DNA of 64,000 bases, from contig CAWCKY010000001.1 in NCBI GenBank assembly GCA_963796275.1, positions 416,001 through 480,000 of the forward strand. The letters are read 5' to 3'. A program made the translations under genes and the position numbers. A model generated the notes under the pieces. It did not search any database. It had not been told where the DNA came from and worked only from the letters and a program-made list of their open reading frames with translations. Every line of letters begins with the position of its first letter. Position 1 is the first letter of the stretch. Below, piece by piece: positions 25,406 to 38,941 of the stretch. This stretch comes from an uncultured Acidobacteriota bacterium. GTDB lineage: Bacteria > Acidobacteriota > Blastocatellia > RBC074.

Positions 25406-26593
25406 ATGGGGAAAGAGAAATTTGATCGCAGCAAACCGCACGTCAATGTGGGAACCATCGGGCACGTCGATCACGGCAAGACGACTTTGACGGCAGCCAT
25501 CACGCGCGTGCTGGCCAAAAACAACCCGAAAATTCAGTTTCGCAGTTTCGATTCCATCGACAACGCCCCGGAAGAGAAGGCGCGCGGGATCACCATCGCC
25601 ACCGCCCACGTCGAGTACGAGACCAAGAACCGCCACTATGCCCACGTCGACTGCCCGGGCCACGCCGATTACGTCAAGAACATGATCACCGGGGCGGCCC
25701 AGATGGATGGGGCGATCCTGGTGGTGGCGGCCACCGACGGCCCGATGCCGCAGACGCGCGAGCACATCCTGCTGGCGCGCCAGGTGGGAGTGCCGGCGAT
25801 GGTCGTCTTTATGAACAAGGTCGATGCGGTCGACGATCCGGAGCTGCTGGACCTGGTCGAGCTCGAAGTGCGCGAGCTGCTCTCGCGCTATGAGTTTCCC
25901 GGCGACGACATTCCGATCATCCGCGGGAGCGCACTGAACGCGCTCAACGGAGATGCCGAGGGCGAGAAGCAGGTGGAGGAGCTGATGGCGGCCGTCGACA
26001 GCTACATCCCGACCCCGGCGCGCCAGGTCGACAAGCCGTTCCTGATGCCGGTGGAGGACATCTTCTCGATCTCGGGACGCGGGACGGTGGCGACGGGAAG
26101 GATCGAGCGGGGAATGGTGAAGGTGGGAGAGACGGTGGAGATAGTGGGGATCAAGGCGACGCGCAACTCGGTGGTGACGGGCGTGGAGATGTTCAAGAAG
26201 CTGCTGGACGAGGGGCAGGCGGGCGACAACGTGGGTCTGCTGTTGCGCGGAATCGATCGCAAGGAGATCGAGCGGGGACAGGTGATCGCCAAACCCGGAT
26301 CGATCAAGCCGCACACGAAGTTCAAGGCGGAAGCCTACGTGCTGACGAAGGAAGAGGGCGGGCGGCACACGCCGTTCTTCACGGGATATCGCCCGCAGTT
26401 CTACTTTCGGACGACGGACGTGACTGGCGTGGCGAAGCTGCCCGACGGGGTGGAGATGGTGATGCCGGGAGACAACATCGCGATGGAGATCGAGCTGATC
26501 ACGCCGATCGCGATGGAGAAGGGATTGCGCTTCGCGATCCGCGAAGGCGGGCGTACGGTAGGCGCCGGTACGATCTCGGAGATTATTGAGTAA
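25406..26593 (+). CDS. tuf: Elongation factor Tu
   Basis: [33 protein letters not shown]. Confidence 0.99.
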   Translation: MGKEKFDRSKPHVNVGTIGHVDHGKTTLTAAITRVLAKNNPKIQFRSFDSIDNAPEEKARGITIATAHVEYETKNRHYAHVDCPGHADYVKNMITGAAQMDGAILVVAATDGPMPQTREHILLARQVGVPAMVVFMNKVDAVDDPELLDLVELEVRELLSRYEFPGDDIPIIRGSALNALNGDAEGEKQVEELMAAVDSYIPTPARQVDKPFLMPVEDIFSISGRGTVATGRIERGMVKVGETVEIVGIKATRNSVVTGVEMFKKLLDEGQAGDNVGLLLRGIDRKEIERGQVIAKPGSIKPHTKFKAEAYVLTKEEGGRHTPFFTGYRPQFYFRTTDVTGVAKLPDGVEMVMPGDNIAMEIELITPIAMEKGLRFAIREGGRTVGAGTISEIIE

Positions 26594-26607
26594 TTAGTAA
26601 AGGATAG

Positions 26608-26682
26608 TAGTCGGGCGTCGCTTGTCGGTTCGCTTACGGGCCGGCGCAGCCGATAACCGGCTACCAAATTACCGACAACCGA
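26608..26682. repeat. CGGTTGT-type heptamer hairpin between tuf and rpsJ
   Basis: agtcgggcgtcgcttgtcggtt ... gccgataaccggctaccaaattaccgacaaccga. Confidence 0.65.
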
Positions 26683-26684
26683 AC

Positions 26685-27011
<327 letters not shown>

Positions 27012-27192
27012 TCGTAATTAATCTCTGAGGGAGTTTTCAGTTTCAGCCCTCGCTGTTCCAACCGCTTTGTGGGTAGCGAGTGCTCGAGTAGTGGCTCTCT
27101 GACTAAGCGACTGTAGAGTAAGTCAATAGTCGCTAAGTTTATAGCTGCTAAGGGATAGCGATAGGCGAGAACTGGAGACTTCGGGGGTAATA

Positions 27193-27828
27193 ATGGTGAA
27201 CGGAATTATCGGTAAAAAGCTGGGGATGACGCAGATATTCGCTCCCGACGGGACGATGACGCCGGTTACGGTGATCAAGGCCGGCCCCTGCGTGGTCGTG
27301 CAGCGTAAAACTGTCTCATCCGATGGATACGAGGCTGTTCAGTTGGGCCTGGTAGAGGAGAAGACGCCGAAGCGGATCAACAAGCCTATGAAGGGCCATT
27401 TTGAGAAGGCGGGCATTCCGCCGACCCGCATACTGCGCGAGTTTCGACTCGATGACGGCACGGCCGTGATCAACGTAGGGGACAAGGTCCTCGTCGATCA
27501 GTTCTCGGAGAACGACGTCGTAGACGTGGTCGGAACAAGCAAGGGCCGCGGTTTCGCCGGTTTCGTCAAACGCCACGGTTTCGGCGGTGGACGCGCCTCG
27601 CACGGCTCGATGTTCCACCGGGCTCCCGGTTCGATCGGAGCTTCGGCCTTTCCTTCGCGCGTCATAAAAGGGACGAGGATGGCCGGCCATATGGGAGTCG
27701 AACGGAATACGATCAAGAACCTGCGAATAATAAAGGTCAACACGGAAGAGAACATCCTGCTGATCAAAGGGGCGGTGCCGGGACCGAATGGCGCGTATGT
27801 TCTGATCAGGAAAAAGCAGATCGATTAA
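27193..27828 (+). CDS. rplC: 50S ribosomal protein L3
   Basis: [24 protein letters not shown]. Confidence 0.99.
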   Translation: MVNGIIGKKLGMTQIFAPDGTMTPVTVIKAGPCVVVQRKTVSSDGYEAVQLGLVEEKTPKRINKPMKGHFEKAGIPPTRILREFRLDDGTAVINVGDKVLVDQFSENDVVDVVGTSKGRGFAGFVKRHGFGGGRASHGSMFHRAPGSIGASAFPSRVIKGTRMAGHMGVERNTIKNLRIIKVNTEENILLIKGAVPGPNGAYVLIRKKQID

Positions 27829-27846
27829 TTTTCGGTGAGGGCCGAG

Positions 27847-28473
27847 ATGCCTACTATAGAAGTCAAGAACTTGAAGAACGAGAGAATCGGTGAGTTGGAG
27901 CTGAAGGAAGAAGTTTTCGGCGTTCCGCTCAACGAGGCATTGATTCATGACGTGGTCAAAAACCATCTGACCAATCAGCGTCAGGGAACGGTGAAGACGA
28001 AAACGCGGGGTAATACCTCGGGGAGCGGGAAGAAGCTCTGGCGCCAGAAGGGCACGGGAAGAGCCCGGATAGCCAGCCTGAGATCTCCCCTGTGGAGGGG
28101 CGGCGGCAACGTACACGGCCCGCAGCCGCGCGACTGGACGAGCGAAATGCCCAAGAAGATGAAGCGCGGCGCGCTCAAGTCAGCTCTCTCCGAGAGACTA
28201 CGCGAGGGGAATCTGATAGTTATCGAGGATTTCAATCTCGATAATCACAAGACGAAAAGTTTCATCGCTATCGCCGAGATTTTCGGCTGGGGCGAAAAGA
28301 CGCTGATCGTCGAGACCGAGCCTAAGACGAACCTGATCCTCTCATCACGCAATGTTCCCGGGATTAAGATCGCCTCCGGAGTTAACGTCAACGTTTACGA
28401 CGTGCTCTACAATGAGAAGATTGTTTTCACCAAAGATGCGATTAACGCCCTGCAGGATAAATTGAGCAAGTAG
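27847..28473 (+). CDS. rplD: 50S ribosomal protein L4
   Basis: [22 protein letters not shown]. Confidence 0.99.
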   Translation: MPTIEVKNLKNERIGELELKEEVFGVPLNEALIHDVVKNHLTNQRQGTVKTKTRGNTSGSGKKLWRQKGTGRARIASLRSPLWRGGGNVHGPQPRDWTSEMPKKMKRGALKSALSERLREGNLIVIEDFNLDNHKTKSFIAIAEIFGWGEKTLIVETEPKTNLILSSRNVPGIKIASGVNVNVYDVLYNEKIVFTKDAINALQDKLSK

Positions 28474-28485
28474 GGGGTGGACGTT

Positions 28486-28830
28486 ATGGCAAATACGATT
28501 TGGGACGTGCTCAAAGCGCCCGTGATCACGGAAAAGGCGCTTCAGATGAAAGAAAAGAGCACGATGAATATCCGCGACAGCAAAAACAAGAAGACCATCA
28601 GGCGCGACCGCCAGGTCCTCGCTTTCCGCGTGGCAGAGGGCGCGACCAAGCACGCGATCAAGCGGGCCGTCGAGGCGATCTTCAAGGTGAAAGTAGACGA
28701 GGTCCGGGTGGTTAACTACCGGGGCAAGACCGTCCGGCGTGGCCGCACCACCGGTCGCAAATCGGACTGGAAAAAGGCCTATGTCACCTTGCAGCGCGGC
28801 CATAACATTGATTACGCGGATTCGATTTGA
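28486..28830 (+). CDS. rplW: 50S ribosomal protein L23 with basic insertion
   Basis: [25 protein letters not shown]. Confidence 0.97.
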   Translation: MANTIWDVLKAPVITEKALQMKEKSTMNIRDSKNKKTIRRDRQVLAFRVAEGATKHAIKRAVEAIFKVKVDEVRVVNYRGKTVRRGRTTGRKSDWKKAYVTLQRGHNIDYADSI

Positions 28831-28907
28831 GCGGTAGCCGTTTATCGGCAATCGGCTGTCGGTTCACGTCAAACCGTCATGTCGGTCACCGACGGCAACC
28901 GACTACT
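28831..28907. repeat. CGGTTGT-type heptamer hairpin between rplW and rplB
   Basis: cggtagc cgtttat cggcaat cggctgt cggtt ... accgacggcaaccgactact. Confidence 0.7.
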
Positions 28908-28921
28908 GGAATGAGGGAAAG

Positions 28922-29746
28922 ATGGGAATCAAGAAATTAAAACCGACCAGTCCCGCACGGCGGTACCAGACCTATCTGACTAACGATGAACTCACGACCG
29001 ATCAGCCGCACAAGCCGCTGCTCGTTAGCAAGAAGAGGACCAGCGCGCGCAACAACACGGGGAGGATGACCGTTCGTCATCGCGGCGGCGGGCATAAACG
29101 TCATTACCGCATCATCGATTTCAAGCGCGACAAGTTCGGTGTCCCGGGAATAGTGGCGACGATCGAGTACGACCCTAACCGGTCGGCTCGCATAGCGCTG
29201 ATCAACTATGCGGATGGGGAAAAGCGCTACATTATCGCACCGGTCGGGTTGAAGGTTGGACAGTCGATAATCTCCGGACCCGAAGCGGACATACTCACGG
29301 GGAATGCGCTTCCGATCAAGAACATCCCGCTGGGCACCGAGATTCACAACATAGAACTCAAGCCGGGCAAGGGTGGGCAGATGGCGCGCAGCGCGGGCAG
29401 TTTTGCGCAGTTGGTGGCGAAAGAAGGCGAAGCGGCGCAGTTGCGGCTGCCCTCTGGTGAAATAAGGTTCGTCTCGGTCAATTGCATGGCGACTATCGGT
29501 CAGGTAGGCAACGCCGAGCATGAGAATGTTTCCGTCGGCAAGGCGGGCCGCACCCGTTGGAAGGGAGTTCGTCCGACGGTCCGCGGAGTGGCGATGAATC
29601 CAGTCGATCACCCGCACGGCGGGGGCGAGGGCAAAACCTCGGGCGGGCGCAATCCCGTCACCCCGTGGGGACAACCGACACGCGGATACAAGACTCGCAA
29701 CAATAAGCGGACAGATAAGTTTATCGTTAAACGAAGAACTAAATAG
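28922..29746 (+). CDS. rplB: 50S ribosomal protein L2
   Basis: [28 protein letters not shown]. Confidence 0.99.
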   Translation: MGIKKLKPTSPARRYQTYLTNDELTTDQPHKPLLVSKKRTSARNNTGRMTVRHRGGGHKRHYRIIDFKRDKFGVPGIVATIEYDPNRSARIALINYADGEKRYIIAPVGLKVGQSIISGPEADILTGNALPIKNIPLGTEIHNIELKPGKGGQMARSAGSFAQLVAKEGEAAQLRLPSGEIRFVSVNCMATIGQVGNAEHENVSVGKAGRTRWKGVRPTVRGVAMNPVDHPHGGGEGKTSGGRNPVTPWGQPTRGYKTRNNKRTDKFIVKRRTK

Positions 29747-29808
29747 TTTCAGTTTTAAGTTTTCAGCTCGGAACAAACTGAAAACTGATTACTGAAAACT
29801 GAAAACTG
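29745..29808. repeat. TTTTCAG/CTGAAAA heptamer hairpin between rplB and rpsS
   Basis: agtttcagttttaagttttcag ... ctgaaaactgattactgaaaactgaaaactg. Confidence 0.85.
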
Positions 29809-29816
29809 GTGAAGCT

Positions 29817-30104
29817 ATGGCACGTTCAGTAAAAAAAGGCCCGTTCATCGACAAGCATCTGATGAAGGTGATTGAGCGGATGAACGAGGCGAACGAGAAG
29901 AAGGTACATAAGACCTGGTCGCGGCGCTCTATGATCATCCCCGAGATGGTCGGACATACGCTGGCCGTCCATAACGGCAGGAAATTCATCCCGGTCTACA
30001 TCACGGAGAATATGGTCGGGCACAAACTCGGAGAGTTCGCCCCGACCCGCACATTCAAAGGCCACGCGGAAAAAGCGGAGAAAGCCGCGGGAGTGAAGAA
30101 ATAA
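29817..30104 (+). CDS. rpsS: 30S ribosomal protein S19
   Basis: [27 protein letters not shown]. Confidence 0.99.
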   Translation: MARSVKKGPFIDKHLMKVIERMNEANEKKVHKTWSRRSMIIPEMVGHTLAVHNGRKFIPVYITENMVGHKLGEFAPTRTFKGHAEKAEKAAGVKK

Positions 30105-30106
30105 CA

Positions 30107-30519
30107 ATGGAAGCAATTGCGAGAGCTAAAAACGTCAAAGTTTCGTCGCAGAAAGCCAAATTGGTGATGGACCTGATCCGCGGCCGGTTGTACAGCGATG
30201 CTCGCGACATACTTCGATTCACCAACAAGCGGGCGGCGGGAATGATCTACAAAGTCCTCGAATCGGCGCGCGCCAACGCCGAACAGCGCGCGCAGTCGGA
30301 CAATATAATAGTCGACGTGGACGAGTTGTGGGTCAAGGAATGCTTCGTCAATACCGGTACGACCAAATATCGCCGGCGCGTCCGGCCGGCCCCATGGGGC
30401 GGGCTTATCGTGAACGCCGTCATTACAGTCATCTGACAGTCGTTGTTTCGAGCGAGAAGCGCATAGATAGCGCGAGGACTGAGGGGGAGCTTCGGAAAGC
30501 CCGGAAATCAGCCCAGTGA
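30107..30519 (+). CDS. rplV: 50S ribosomal protein L22; apparent 1-base deletion in the C run at 30390-30393
   Basis: [21 protein letters not shown]; the C-terminal [19 protein letters not shown] lies in the shifted frame. Confidence 0.95.
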
Positions 30520-30527
30520 AATAAATA

Positions 30528-31189
<662 letters not shown>

Positions 31190-31194
31190 GCAAA

Positions 31195-31632
31195 ATGGCT
31201 GAATATAAAATTCCCAAGAAGGTCAAATATCGCAAGCAGCAGCGCGGACGCCGCGCTGGAGCGGCGAAGCGCGGAACCGGCATCGCATTCGGCCAGTACG
31301 CTTTGAAGGCGATGGAGGCTGCCTGGATCAGCGGTAAGCAGATCGAAGCGGGGCGCGTCGCGATCACCCGCTTCGTCAAACGCGGCGGCAAGCTCTGGAT
31401 ACGCGTCTTTCCCGACAAGCCGATTACCAAGAAACCAGCTGAAACCCGTATGGGCAAGGGCAAGGGTGCGCCGGAAGGTTGGGTTGCGGTAATCAAGCCC
31501 GGCCGCATCATCTTCGAGATGGAAGGGGTAGATCTGGCAACAGCGCAGCGGGCGATGGAGCTGGCGGCGGCCAAGCTGTCGATCAAAACGAAGTTCATCA
31601 CTCGCAGCGACCAGGAAGGCGGTGGCGTGTGA
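31195..31632 (+). CDS. rplP: 50S ribosomal protein L16
   Basis: [30 protein letters not shown]. Confidence 0.99.
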   Translation: MAEYKIPKKVKYRKQQRGRRAGAAKRGTGIAFGQYALKAMEAAWISGKQIEAGRVAITRFVKRGGKLWIRVFPDKPITKKPAETRMGKGKGAPEGWVAVIKPGRIIFEMEGVDLATAQRAMELAAAKLSIKTKFITRSDQEGGGV

Positions 31633-31835
31633 GACACAAGTTGGATAAGTTGCGCGAACAGTCGAGCGAAGAGCTGATCAAGCGGGTGAGCGAGATCAAC
31701 GAGTCGCTCTTCCGCCTCAACTTCAAAAAAGCGCTGGGCGACACCGATACAGTCAAGACTATTCGCAGGGAGAGAAAAGAACTCGCACGGCTCAAAACTA
31801 TCCTGCGCGGGCGCGCTCTCGGCATCGAGAAATAA
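31629..31835 (+). CDS. rpmC: 50S ribosomal protein L29
   Basis: GTG start overlapping the rplP stop; [19 protein letters not shown]. Confidence 0.93.
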   Translation: MRHKLDKLREQSSEELIKRVSEINESLFRLNFKKALGDTDTVKTIRRERKELARLKTILRGRALGIEK

Positions 31836-31853
31836 GGTATATGCGGAGAAACA

Positions 31854-32174
31854 ATGGAAAATAGCGAAACGTCAATCGCCGAAAGCCAAAATGCAGCAGG
31901 TGGGCAGCCGTCCGAGATCAAACGCCGGCGCCGAACCGAAAAGGTGGGAATCGTCACCAGCGATAAGATGCTGAAGACAGTGGTGGTGCGCGTAGACCGC
32001 CTGGTGAAACACCCGGTTTATAAACGCTACGTGCGAAAACGCTCGAAGTTTATGGCGCATAGCGATATCGAGGGAGTCTCGATCGGCGATCAGGTGCGGA
32101 TAGTAGAGACCCGGCCCCTCTCGGCCCGTAAAAGATGGCGCGTCGTGGAGGTTTTGAGAAAGGCCAAAAAGTAG
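31854..32174 (+). CDS. rpsQ: 30S ribosomal protein S17
   Basis: [32 protein letters not shown]. Confidence 0.98.
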   Translation: MENSETSIAESQNAAGGQPSEIKRRRRTEKVGIVTSDKMLKTVVVRVDRLVKHPVYKRYVRKRSKFMAHSDIEGVSIGDQVRIVETRPLSARKRWRVVEVLRKAKK

Positions 32175-32178
32175 TTGA

Positions 32179-32277
32179 CGGCATTCGGTTGTCGGTATTC
32201 GGTTGTCGGTTAGCAATGGGACCTGGTGTTTACCGCTAATCGGCAACCGAATACCGGCAACCGGTGACCGACAACCA
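32179..32277. repeat. CGGTTGT-type heptamer hairpin between rpsQ and rplN
   Basis: cggcatt cggttgt cggtatt cggttgt cggtt ... cggcaac cgaatac cggcaac cggtgac cgacaac. Confidence 0.85.
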
Positions 32278-32287
32278 AGGAGCAGCG

Positions 32288-32656
32288 ATGATTCAAATGC
32301 GTTCGGTTCTCGAGGTCGCCGACAATTCGGGAGCCAAAAAGATTGCGATGATTTTGCCTCTGGGCGGCAACACTGGATCGCGCGCCAGTTTGGGCGATGT
32401 GATAACGGCTTCGGTTAAAGAAGCGAGCCCTGACGGCACAGTGAAGAAGAAGCAGGTGGTTAAAGCGGTTATCGTCCGCACCCGCAAGGAAGTCCGCCGC
32501 AAGGATGGGACATATATTCGCTTCGATCAGAACGCTGCGGTTCTGATTAAGCCCGACGGGGAACCGATTGGCACCCGCGTCTTCGGTCCAGTCGCCCGCG
32601 AGCTCCGCGAGCGCGGCTTTATGAAGATAGTGAGCCTTGCGCCGGAAGTTATTTGA
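32288..32656 (+). CDS. rplN: 50S ribosomal protein L14
   Basis: [31 protein letters not shown]. Confidence 0.99.
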   Translation: MIQMRSVLEVADNSGAKKIAMILPLGGNTGSRASLGDVITASVKEASPDGTVKKKQVVKAVIVRTRKEVRRKDGTYIRFDQNAAVLIKPDGEPIGTRVFGPVARELRERGFMKIVSLAPEVI

Positions 32657-32719
32657 TCGATGGTTGCGGATAGTTAAGGGATTCTTCTCTCACCCGCAAT
32701 AAATAAAGGTGACAAGCGA

Positions 32720-33028
32720 ATGAAGATCAAGAAAAACGACCAGGTGATGATCCTTTCCGGACGCGACAAAGGCAAGAGAGGGCGCGTCATTGAGGTATTG
32801 ACGAAAAAAGGGAAGGTCATCGTCGAGGGAATAAATATCATGAAACATCACACGCGTCCGAACCGGCAGCGCGGAGTGGCGGGAGGGATCGTCGACCGCG
32901 AGGCCCCCATAGACGCCTCGAACGTCATGGTGATCGAGGGAGGGAAACCTACCCGCGTGGGCTACCAGGTGCTGCAGGATGGCCGAAAGGTTCGCGTCTC
33001 GAAGAGGACCGGCGCGGTGATTGAGTAA
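32720..33028 (+). CDS. rplX: 50S ribosomal protein L24
   Basis: KOW motif GRDKGKRG, VEGIN, EAPIDASNV. Confidence 0.98.
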   Translation: MKIKKNDQVMILSGRDKGKRGRVIEVLTKKGKVIVEGINIMKHHTRPNRQRGVAGGIVDREAPIDASNVMVIEGGKPTRVGYQVLQDGRKVRVSKRTGAVIE

Positions 33029-33112
33029 CAGAGAGGAGTGATGAGTTATGGGTCTGAGGCTCGGGAATTTTGGTTCCCAAATCTCGAATCCCATATCTCA
33101 AATCTGACAGAG

Positions 33113-33655
33113 ATGGCTGCACGACTGAAAGAGAAATACGCGAAAGAGATTACTCCGGCTTTGTCCAAGGAGTTCGCTTATAAGAACCCCATGAGCATTC
33201 CCAAGCTGGAGAAGATCGTAATCAACATGGGTCTGGGTGAGGCGATTCAAAACGCGAAGGTACTGGACGCTGCGGCGAGCGACCTGGGTACCATCGCGGG
33301 CCAGAAACCCGTCATCACGAAGGCCAAGAAATCGATCGCCGCATTCAAACTCCGCGAGGGTATGAGCATCGGCGCCACTGTCACATTGCGCGGCGACCGG
33401 ATGTATGAGTTTCTGGATCGTTTTATGAATATCGCGTTGCCGCGGGTGCGCGACTTTCGCGGCGTATCGCCCAAATCATTCGATGGGCGGGGCAATTACA
33501 CCATCGGCCTGCGCGACCAGTTGATCTTCCCCGAGATCGATTTCGGCAAGATCGACAAAGCGCGTGGGATGAATGTGTGCATAGTGACGACGGCTAAGAC
33601 CGACGAAGAGGCGCGTTCGCTCCTACGTCATCTGGGCATGCCGTTCAGGCAGTAA
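33113..33655 (+). CDS. rplE: 50S ribosomal protein L5
   Basis: [31 protein letters not shown]. Confidence 0.99.
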   Translation: MAARLKEKYAKEITPALSKEFAYKNPMSIPKLEKIVINMGLGEAIQNAKVLDAAASDLGTIAGQKPVITKAKKSIAAFKLREGMSIGATVTLRGDRMYEFLDRFMNIALPRVRDFRGVSPKSFDGRGNYTIGLRDQLIFPEIDFGKIDKARGMNVCIVTTAKTDEEARSLLRHLGMPFRQ

Positions 33656-33735
33656 AAAAGTTTTAGTTTTTAGTTTTCAGTTAAATAGCAGTTACTGAAA
33701 ACTAAAATCTACGAACTGAAAACTGAAAACTTTTA
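33655..33735. repeat. TTTTCAG/CTGAAAA heptamer hairpin between rplE and rpsN
   Basis: aagttttagtttttagttttcagt ... actgaaaactaaaatctacgaactgaaaactgaaaacttt. Confidence 0.85.
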
Positions 33736-33740
33736 ACTAT

Positions 33741-33926
33741 ATGGCAAAAACTTCGAAAATGGTTCAGGCGAGCCGAAGGCCGAAATTCAAAGTACGCGGC
33801 TACAACCGGTGCAAGCGGTGCGGCCGCCCGCGCGGCTACTTGCGGAAGTTCAATATCTGTCGTATTTGCTTCCGTCAGTTGGCGCTTGATGGCCAGATTC
33901 CTGGTGTAACAAAATCGAGCTGGTAG
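33741..33926 (+). CDS. rpsN: 30S ribosomal protein S14, zinc-binding (type Z)
   Basis: 61 aa; [25 protein letters not shown]. Confidence 0.99.
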   Translation: MAKTSKMVQASRRPKFKVRGYNRCKRCGRPRGYLRKFNICRICFRQLALDGQIPGVTKSSW

Positions 33927-34043
33927 AAATCTGATAACCCTTAAGGGCTGGTCGAGATTGAGCCTCGGCCGGGGAGTGCGCTTCGCTCCGTCCCCGCTGG
34001 CCTGGATTTTGAAGCACTTTCTGAGTGGAGAGCATAGAAAATT

Positions 34044-34442
34044 ATGACGGATCCGATTGCAGATATGTTGACGCGCATGCGCAACGCTATTGGCGCGCGC
34101 CATACGAAGGTTGACCTTCCCGCTTCGCGTTTGAAGATAGAGGTCGCGCGCATTCTCAGAGAGGAAGGCTATATCACCAATTACAGCATCAAAACGACGG
34201 AAGGGAGCAATTCGCGGATGCTCAGGATATTCCTTCGTTACGGCACAAACGGCGAAAGCGTGATATCGCGGATCGAGCGGGTCTCCCGCCCCAGCCGTCG
34301 CGTCTATGTGCCCAGCAAGGGCATCAATAAGGTGTTGGGCGGGCTCGGAATCAACATCCTTAGCACCTCGCACGGAGTGATGACAGGCAAACAAGCGCGC
34401 AAATCGAATATCGGCGGTGAAATTCTGTGCAGCGTCTACTAG
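34044..34442 (+). CDS. rpsH: 30S ribosomal protein S8
   Basis: MTDPIADMLTRMRN, GLGINILSTSHGVM. Confidence 0.99.
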   Translation: MTDPIADMLTRMRNAIGARHTKVDLPASRLKIEVARILREEGYITNYSIKTTEGSNSRMLRIFLRYGTNGESVISRIERVSRPSRRVYVPSKGINKVLGGLGINILSTSHGVMTGKQARKSNIGGEILCSVY

Positions 34443-34471
34443 CGCGCTGAGCAAATGCGCAAGAGGCAACT

Positions 34472-35026
34472 ATGTCAAGAGTCGGAAAGAAAATTATTGA
34501 TATCCCAAAAGACGTGAAGGTCACGATCAACGAATCCGCGATTGAGGTCCAGGGCCCGAAGGGAAAGCTCGAGCTAACTATCCCGAAAGGCATCAAGTTC
34601 AAGCTCGACGACGGCAAGCTCCAGGCTGAACGCGCCAACGATCAACTGACGGCGCTGCACGGGACTGCGCGCGCGCTGGTGGCCAATGCTGTCACGGGCG
34701 TCTCCCAAGGCTTCTCGCAGGAGATGGACATCGTCGGAGTCGGGTACAAGGCTGACCTGAGGGGACGGAGCATCTTCTTCGCCCTGGGTTATTCGCATCC
34801 GATCGAATTCCCGCTCCCGGAAGGCATCAACGCGAAAGTCGAGAAGATGCAGCGCACAATCAACCAGTACCAAACCACCGTCACTCTTTCGGGCATCGAC
34901 AAGGAATTGCTCGGTCAGATCGCAGCGAACATGAATCACCTGCGCAAACCCGATGCTTATAAAGGAAAAGGCGTGCGCTACGCTAACCGGCAGTTGAAGC
35001 TCAAACCGGGAAAGACCGGGAAATAA
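34472..35026 (+). CDS. rplF: 50S ribosomal protein L6
   Basis: [29 protein letters not shown]. Confidence 0.99.
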   Translation: MSRVGKKIIDIPKDVKVTINESAIEVQGPKGKLELTIPKGIKFKLDDGKLQAERANDQLTALHGTARALVANAVTGVSQGFSQEMDIVGVGYKADLRGRSIFFALGYSHPIEFPLPEGINAKVEKMQRTINQYQTTVTLSGIDKELLGQIAANMNHLRKPDAYKGKGVRYANRQLKLKPGKTGK

Positions 35027-35086
35027 GGTTGGCGATAAGTAAGCTTCTGTCGATAACACAGAGGCGGCGATACACAGAGAGGGGAA

Positions 35087-35446
<360 letters not shown>

Positions 35447-35508
35447 CAGTTGATTGCGGGCTACCAGTTTTATAGAAAACCGCAATCAGTAAGGGGAGAG
35501 TAGTTTTT

Positions 35509-36003
35509 ATGGAGAGAATTAACCCGGACGGGCTTGAATTGAAGGATCAGGTGATCTCAATCAACCGCGTCACAAAAGTGGTCAAGGGCGGTAAGAACCT
35601 CTCGTTCGCCGCGCTCGTCGTGGTAGGCGATCAGCACGGCATCGTCGGGTTCGGCACTGGTAAAGCCAAAGAGGTGCCTCAAGCGATCCGCAAGGCTATT
35701 GAGTCGGCTAAGCGAAACCTGATGCGCGTCCCGTTGGCCGGCACTACCCTGCCCCACCCTATGCTCGGTAAATTCGGCGCCGGCAAGGTCCTGCTCAAAC
35801 CTGCAGTTGAAGGCACCGGCGTTATCGCCGGCGGAGCGGTTCGCGCGGTGATGAACGCCGCCGGGGTGAGCAATATATTGACCAAATGTCTAGGATCGAA
35901 TAATCCTCACAACATCATCCGGGCGACATTCGATGCCTTGAAGAACATGAGGAGCCCTGAGGAGGTCGCGCGTCTGCGCGGGCGCACGGTGGAGGAGCTA
36001 TAA
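35509..36003 (+). CDS. rpsE: 30S ribosomal protein S5
   Basis: [26 protein letters not shown]. Confidence 0.99.
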   Translation: MERINPDGLELKDQVISINRVTKVVKGGKNLSFAALVVVGDQHGIVGFGTGKAKEVPQAIRKAIESAKRNLMRVPLAGTTLPHPMLGKFGAGKVLLKPAVEGTGVIAGGAVRAVMNAAGVSNILTKCLGSNNPHNIIRATFDALKNMRSPEEVARLRGRTVEEL

Positions 36004-36007
36004 GGCA

Positions 36008-36196
36008 ATGGCTAAAGAGACGAAGAAGATCAGGATTCAATGGTATCGCAGCATTATTGCGACTCCGCAGAAGCATAAAGTCATAGTCCGGAGCCTGGGC
36101 TTCACCAAGCTCAATCAAATCGTCGAGCGCCCGGACAACGAATCAATTCGCGGGATGGTTGCGAAGATCCCGCACCTGTTGAGAATAGTAGAGTAA
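36008..36196 (+). CDS. rpmD: 50S ribosomal protein L30
   Basis: [19 protein letters not shown]; position after rpsE. Confidence 0.97.
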   Translation: MAKETKKIRIQWYRSIIATPQKHKVIVRSLGFTKLNQIVERPDNESIRGMVAKIPHLLRIVE

Positions 36197-36198
36197 AT

Positions 36199-36654
36199 AT
36201 GGCAATAGGGTTAAATAAACTGAAAGCGCCGGCTGGCTCGACACACAAAAAGAAGCGGGTGGGGCGCGGGCCGGGATCCGGATTGGGCAAAACCGCTGGT
36301 CGCGGGAACAAAGGCCAAAAGTCACGGTCTGGTTACTCGATGAAGCGCGGATTCGAAGGCGGCCAGATGCCGCTTCATCGCCGTCTGCCCAAGCGCGGCT
36401 TCACCAATATCTTCAAGCGCGAATGGGCGGAAGTTAATATCTCCGACCTCGAGAAATATTTCCAGAATGACGCCAGCGTAACGCCTGAGGCGCTCGTCGA
36501 GCATGGGCTGGTTCGCAAGTCAATGCTGAAATCTATCGTCATTCTGGGTCAGGGGGAACTAAAGAAAAAGCTCACGGTCAACGCTCATCGCTTCAGCGCG
36601 TCCGCGAAGCAGAAGATCGAAGCCGCCGGCGGTCAAGCAGTAGTTAGTAGTTAA
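36199..36654 (+). CDS. rplO: 50S ribosomal protein L15
   Basis: [29 protein letters not shown]. Confidence 0.99.
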   Translation: MAIGLNKLKAPAGSTHKKKRVGRGPGSGLGKTAGRGNKGQKSRSGYSMKRGFEGGQMPLHRRLPKRGFTNIFKREWAEVNISDLEKYFQNDASVTPEALVEHGLVRKSMLKSIVILGQGELKKKLTVNAHRFSASAKQKIEAAGGQAVVSS

Positions 36655-36735
36655 TTGATAATTGATAATGGATAATTGATAATTGCCGATTGGCAGTTGA
36701 CGTTTTTTCAATCGGTTACATTACCCATTATGGAG
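36652..36735. repeat. Partial GATAATT heptamer element between rplO and secY
   Basis: taattga taattga taatgga taattga taattgc ... caatcggttacattacccatta. Confidence 0.7.
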
Positions 36736-36740
36736 TTGTT

Positions 36741-38147
36741 ATGATTGAGTCATTTTTCAGCGCGGTCCGCAATCTGTACAAAGTTCCCGACCTGCGGAAG
36801 CGGGTGATCTTTACGCTGGTAGTGCTCGCCATCTATCGCGCAGGGATACACATTCCCGTTCCCGGCGTTGATTTGGAGGTTCTTACACAGATATGGTCCC
36901 AGGCAGCGCAGAATCTTTTCGGTGTTCTCGATCTTTTCTCAGGCGGTAATTTTCGAAGGATATCCATATTCGCGCTCGGGATTATGCCGTACATCACGGC
37001 CTCGATCATTCTCCAACTGATGACCTCAGTCTACCCGCAACTGAAGAAGATTCAGGAAGAAGGTGAACTGGGGCGACGCAAGATCACACAATACACCCGA
37101 TATCTGACTGTTCTGCTCTGTTTCGTTCAGGGCATCGGCATTTCGTTCTGGCTGCAGCGACAGCCGGGGCTGGTGATAGGCGGGGGAGGCATCGGCTTCG
37201 TCCTGATGGCTACTTTGACAATGGCCACCGGGACAATTTTTATCATGTGGCTCGGTGAGCAGATTACTGAGCGCGGAATCGGCAACGGGATCAGTTTGCT
37301 CATCTTCGCCGGAATCGTCGTCGGTCTGCCCAATGCAATTGTGCAGCTATACCAGACGATTCAAGACCCGCAATCTGCGCTCTTCGTCTTGTTCCTTTGC
37401 ATAGTGATGTTATTGGTGATCTTCGGTATCGTGTTCTTCGAACGCGGTACGCGGAAGATACCGACCAACCACACGCGGCGGATGGTCGGCCGCCAGATGG
37501 TACAAACACAATCGTCGCATCTGCCCCTGAAAGTAAATATCGCGGGCGTGATACCTGTGATATTCGCTTCATCGGTACTCGCGATTCCGACGACGCTTTT
37601 GACCTTCGGGGATTGGAACTGGCTGAAAACGTTCACCGGATGGCTGAACGGAGGCCATCCGTTTTACGAGACGCTCTTTATTTCGTTGATCATCATCTTT
37701 GCGTTCTTCTATGTCTCGATCGTCTTCAATGCAGACGAGGTCGCGGAGAACTTGCGAAAACAGGGCGCATTTGTCCCGGGTATCCGTCCTGGAAAACGCA
37801 CGGCCGATTATCTCAACTCGATTCTGGTACGGTTGACGTCTGTCGGGGCGGTCTATCTGGTCGTCGTTTGTCTGATCCCGCAATTGATGATCAGCGGGTT
37901 CAAGGTGCAAGCTATACCTTTCATCGGCGAGACGCTCTACACGCTGATTGAAGGAGTACCCGGATTAAGTTGGATTCCTAATGGATTAGGCTTTTCATTC
38001 TATTTTGGCGGCACTAGTTTGCTGATCGTCGTCGGCGTGGCGATGGACACAATCAGCCAGGTAGAGGCACAGTTGGTCATGCGCCACTACGATGGATTTC
38101 TTGGTTCTCGCGGTGGGAGACTTCGCGGTCGCCGGGCTACATCGTAG
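36741..38147 (+). CDS. secY: Preprotein translocase subunit SecY
   Basis: [55 protein letters not shown]. Confidence 0.99.
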   Translation: MIESFFSAVRNLYKVPDLRKRVIFTLVVLAIYRAGIHIPVPGVDLEVLTQIWSQAAQNLFGVLDLFSGGNFRRISIFALGIMPYITASIILQLMTSVYPQLKKIQEEGELGRRKITQYTRYLTVLLCFVQGIGISFWLQRQPGLVIGGGGIGFVLMATLTMATGTIFIMWLGEQITERGIGNGISLLIFAGIVVGLPNAIVQLYQTIQDPQSALFVLFLCIVMLLVIFGIVFFERGTRKIPTNHTRRMVGRQMVQTQSSHLPLKVNIAGVIPVIFASSVLAIPTTLLTFGDWNWLKTFTGWLNGGHPFYETLFISLIIIFAFFYVSIVFNADEVAENLRKQGAFVPGIRPGKRTADYLNSILVRLTSVGAVYLVVVCLIPQLMISGFKVQAIPFIGETLYTLIEGVPGLSWIPNGLGFSFYFGGTSLLIVVGVAMDTISQVEAQLVMRHYDGFLGSRGGRLRGRRATS

Positions 38148-38209
38148 TAAGTGAAAATTGCCCGTGGCCGGCTATGCCGTATATTGTCAAAGAGGCACAG
38201 GCTACCACG

Positions 38210-38872
38210 ATGTCGAAGATTATAGTGATGATTGGGGCGCCGGGCGCCGGAAAGGGTACACAGGCGCGGTTGCTCTCTGAAAATTTCGGCTATCCTCAAA
38301 TCTCTACCGGGGACATTCTGCGTGAGATGGCTCAGGCCGACACCCCGCTCGGGAAAGAGATAAAAGAGACACAAGCATCGGGAAAACTGGTGAGCGATCA
38401 GATACTCGAACAGGTCATTTCTAACCGAACCTCAAACGAGGACTGCAAGAATGGATTTATTCTCGATGGTTATCCACGCACGCTTGAGCAGGCCAGGAAG
38501 CTGGAGGAACTGGCGGCGAACCAGAAAAAAGAGGTGCTGCTGGTCCGCGTCGCGGTGCAGGAGGATTTGTTATTCAAGCGCCTGACCGGTCGGGGCATCT
38601 GTTCCAAGTGCGGAGAGATTTACAATACTTACTACAGACCCCCGAAGCGGGAAGGCTATTGCGATCTCGACGGGGCGCCCCTCCTGCAGCGCGGCGATGA
38701 CGCTCCCGAAACAGTCAGACGCAGATTTGAAGCCTATCGAGCCGCGACGGCGCCTTTGGTCGATTATTATCGGGAAAGCGGCCGCCTTATTCAAATCGAT
38801 GGCGAGCGCCCGGTCGATGAGATTTTCAAGCAGCTCTCCGACATCGTCGCAGCATCATCGGCTGATATATAA
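38210..38872 (+). CDS. adk: Adenylate kinase (zinc LID)
   Basis: [35 protein letters not shown]. Confidence 0.98.
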   Translation: MSKIIVMIGAPGAGKGTQARLLSENFGYPQISTGDILREMAQADTPLGKEIKETQASGKLVSDQILEQVISNRTSNEDCKNGFILDGYPRTLEQARKLEELAANQKKEVLLVRVAVQEDLLFKRLTGRGICSKCGEIYNTYYRPPKREGYCDLDGAPLLQRGDDAPETVRRRFEAYRAATAPLVDYYRESGRLIQIDGERPVDEIFKQLSDIVAASSADI

Positions 38873-38941
38873 AAAGAGGTTCTGAGATGCTGTTCTCTGC
38901 CTCTCTGGCCTGAGAAATGGCGCAAGAAGCAAGAAAGCTAG

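Noticed and set aside
25406-26593. tuf as horizontally acquired because of its very high GC3
   Set aside because: It is in the canonical str-operon position; the bias is explained by high expression or gene conversion between tuf copies
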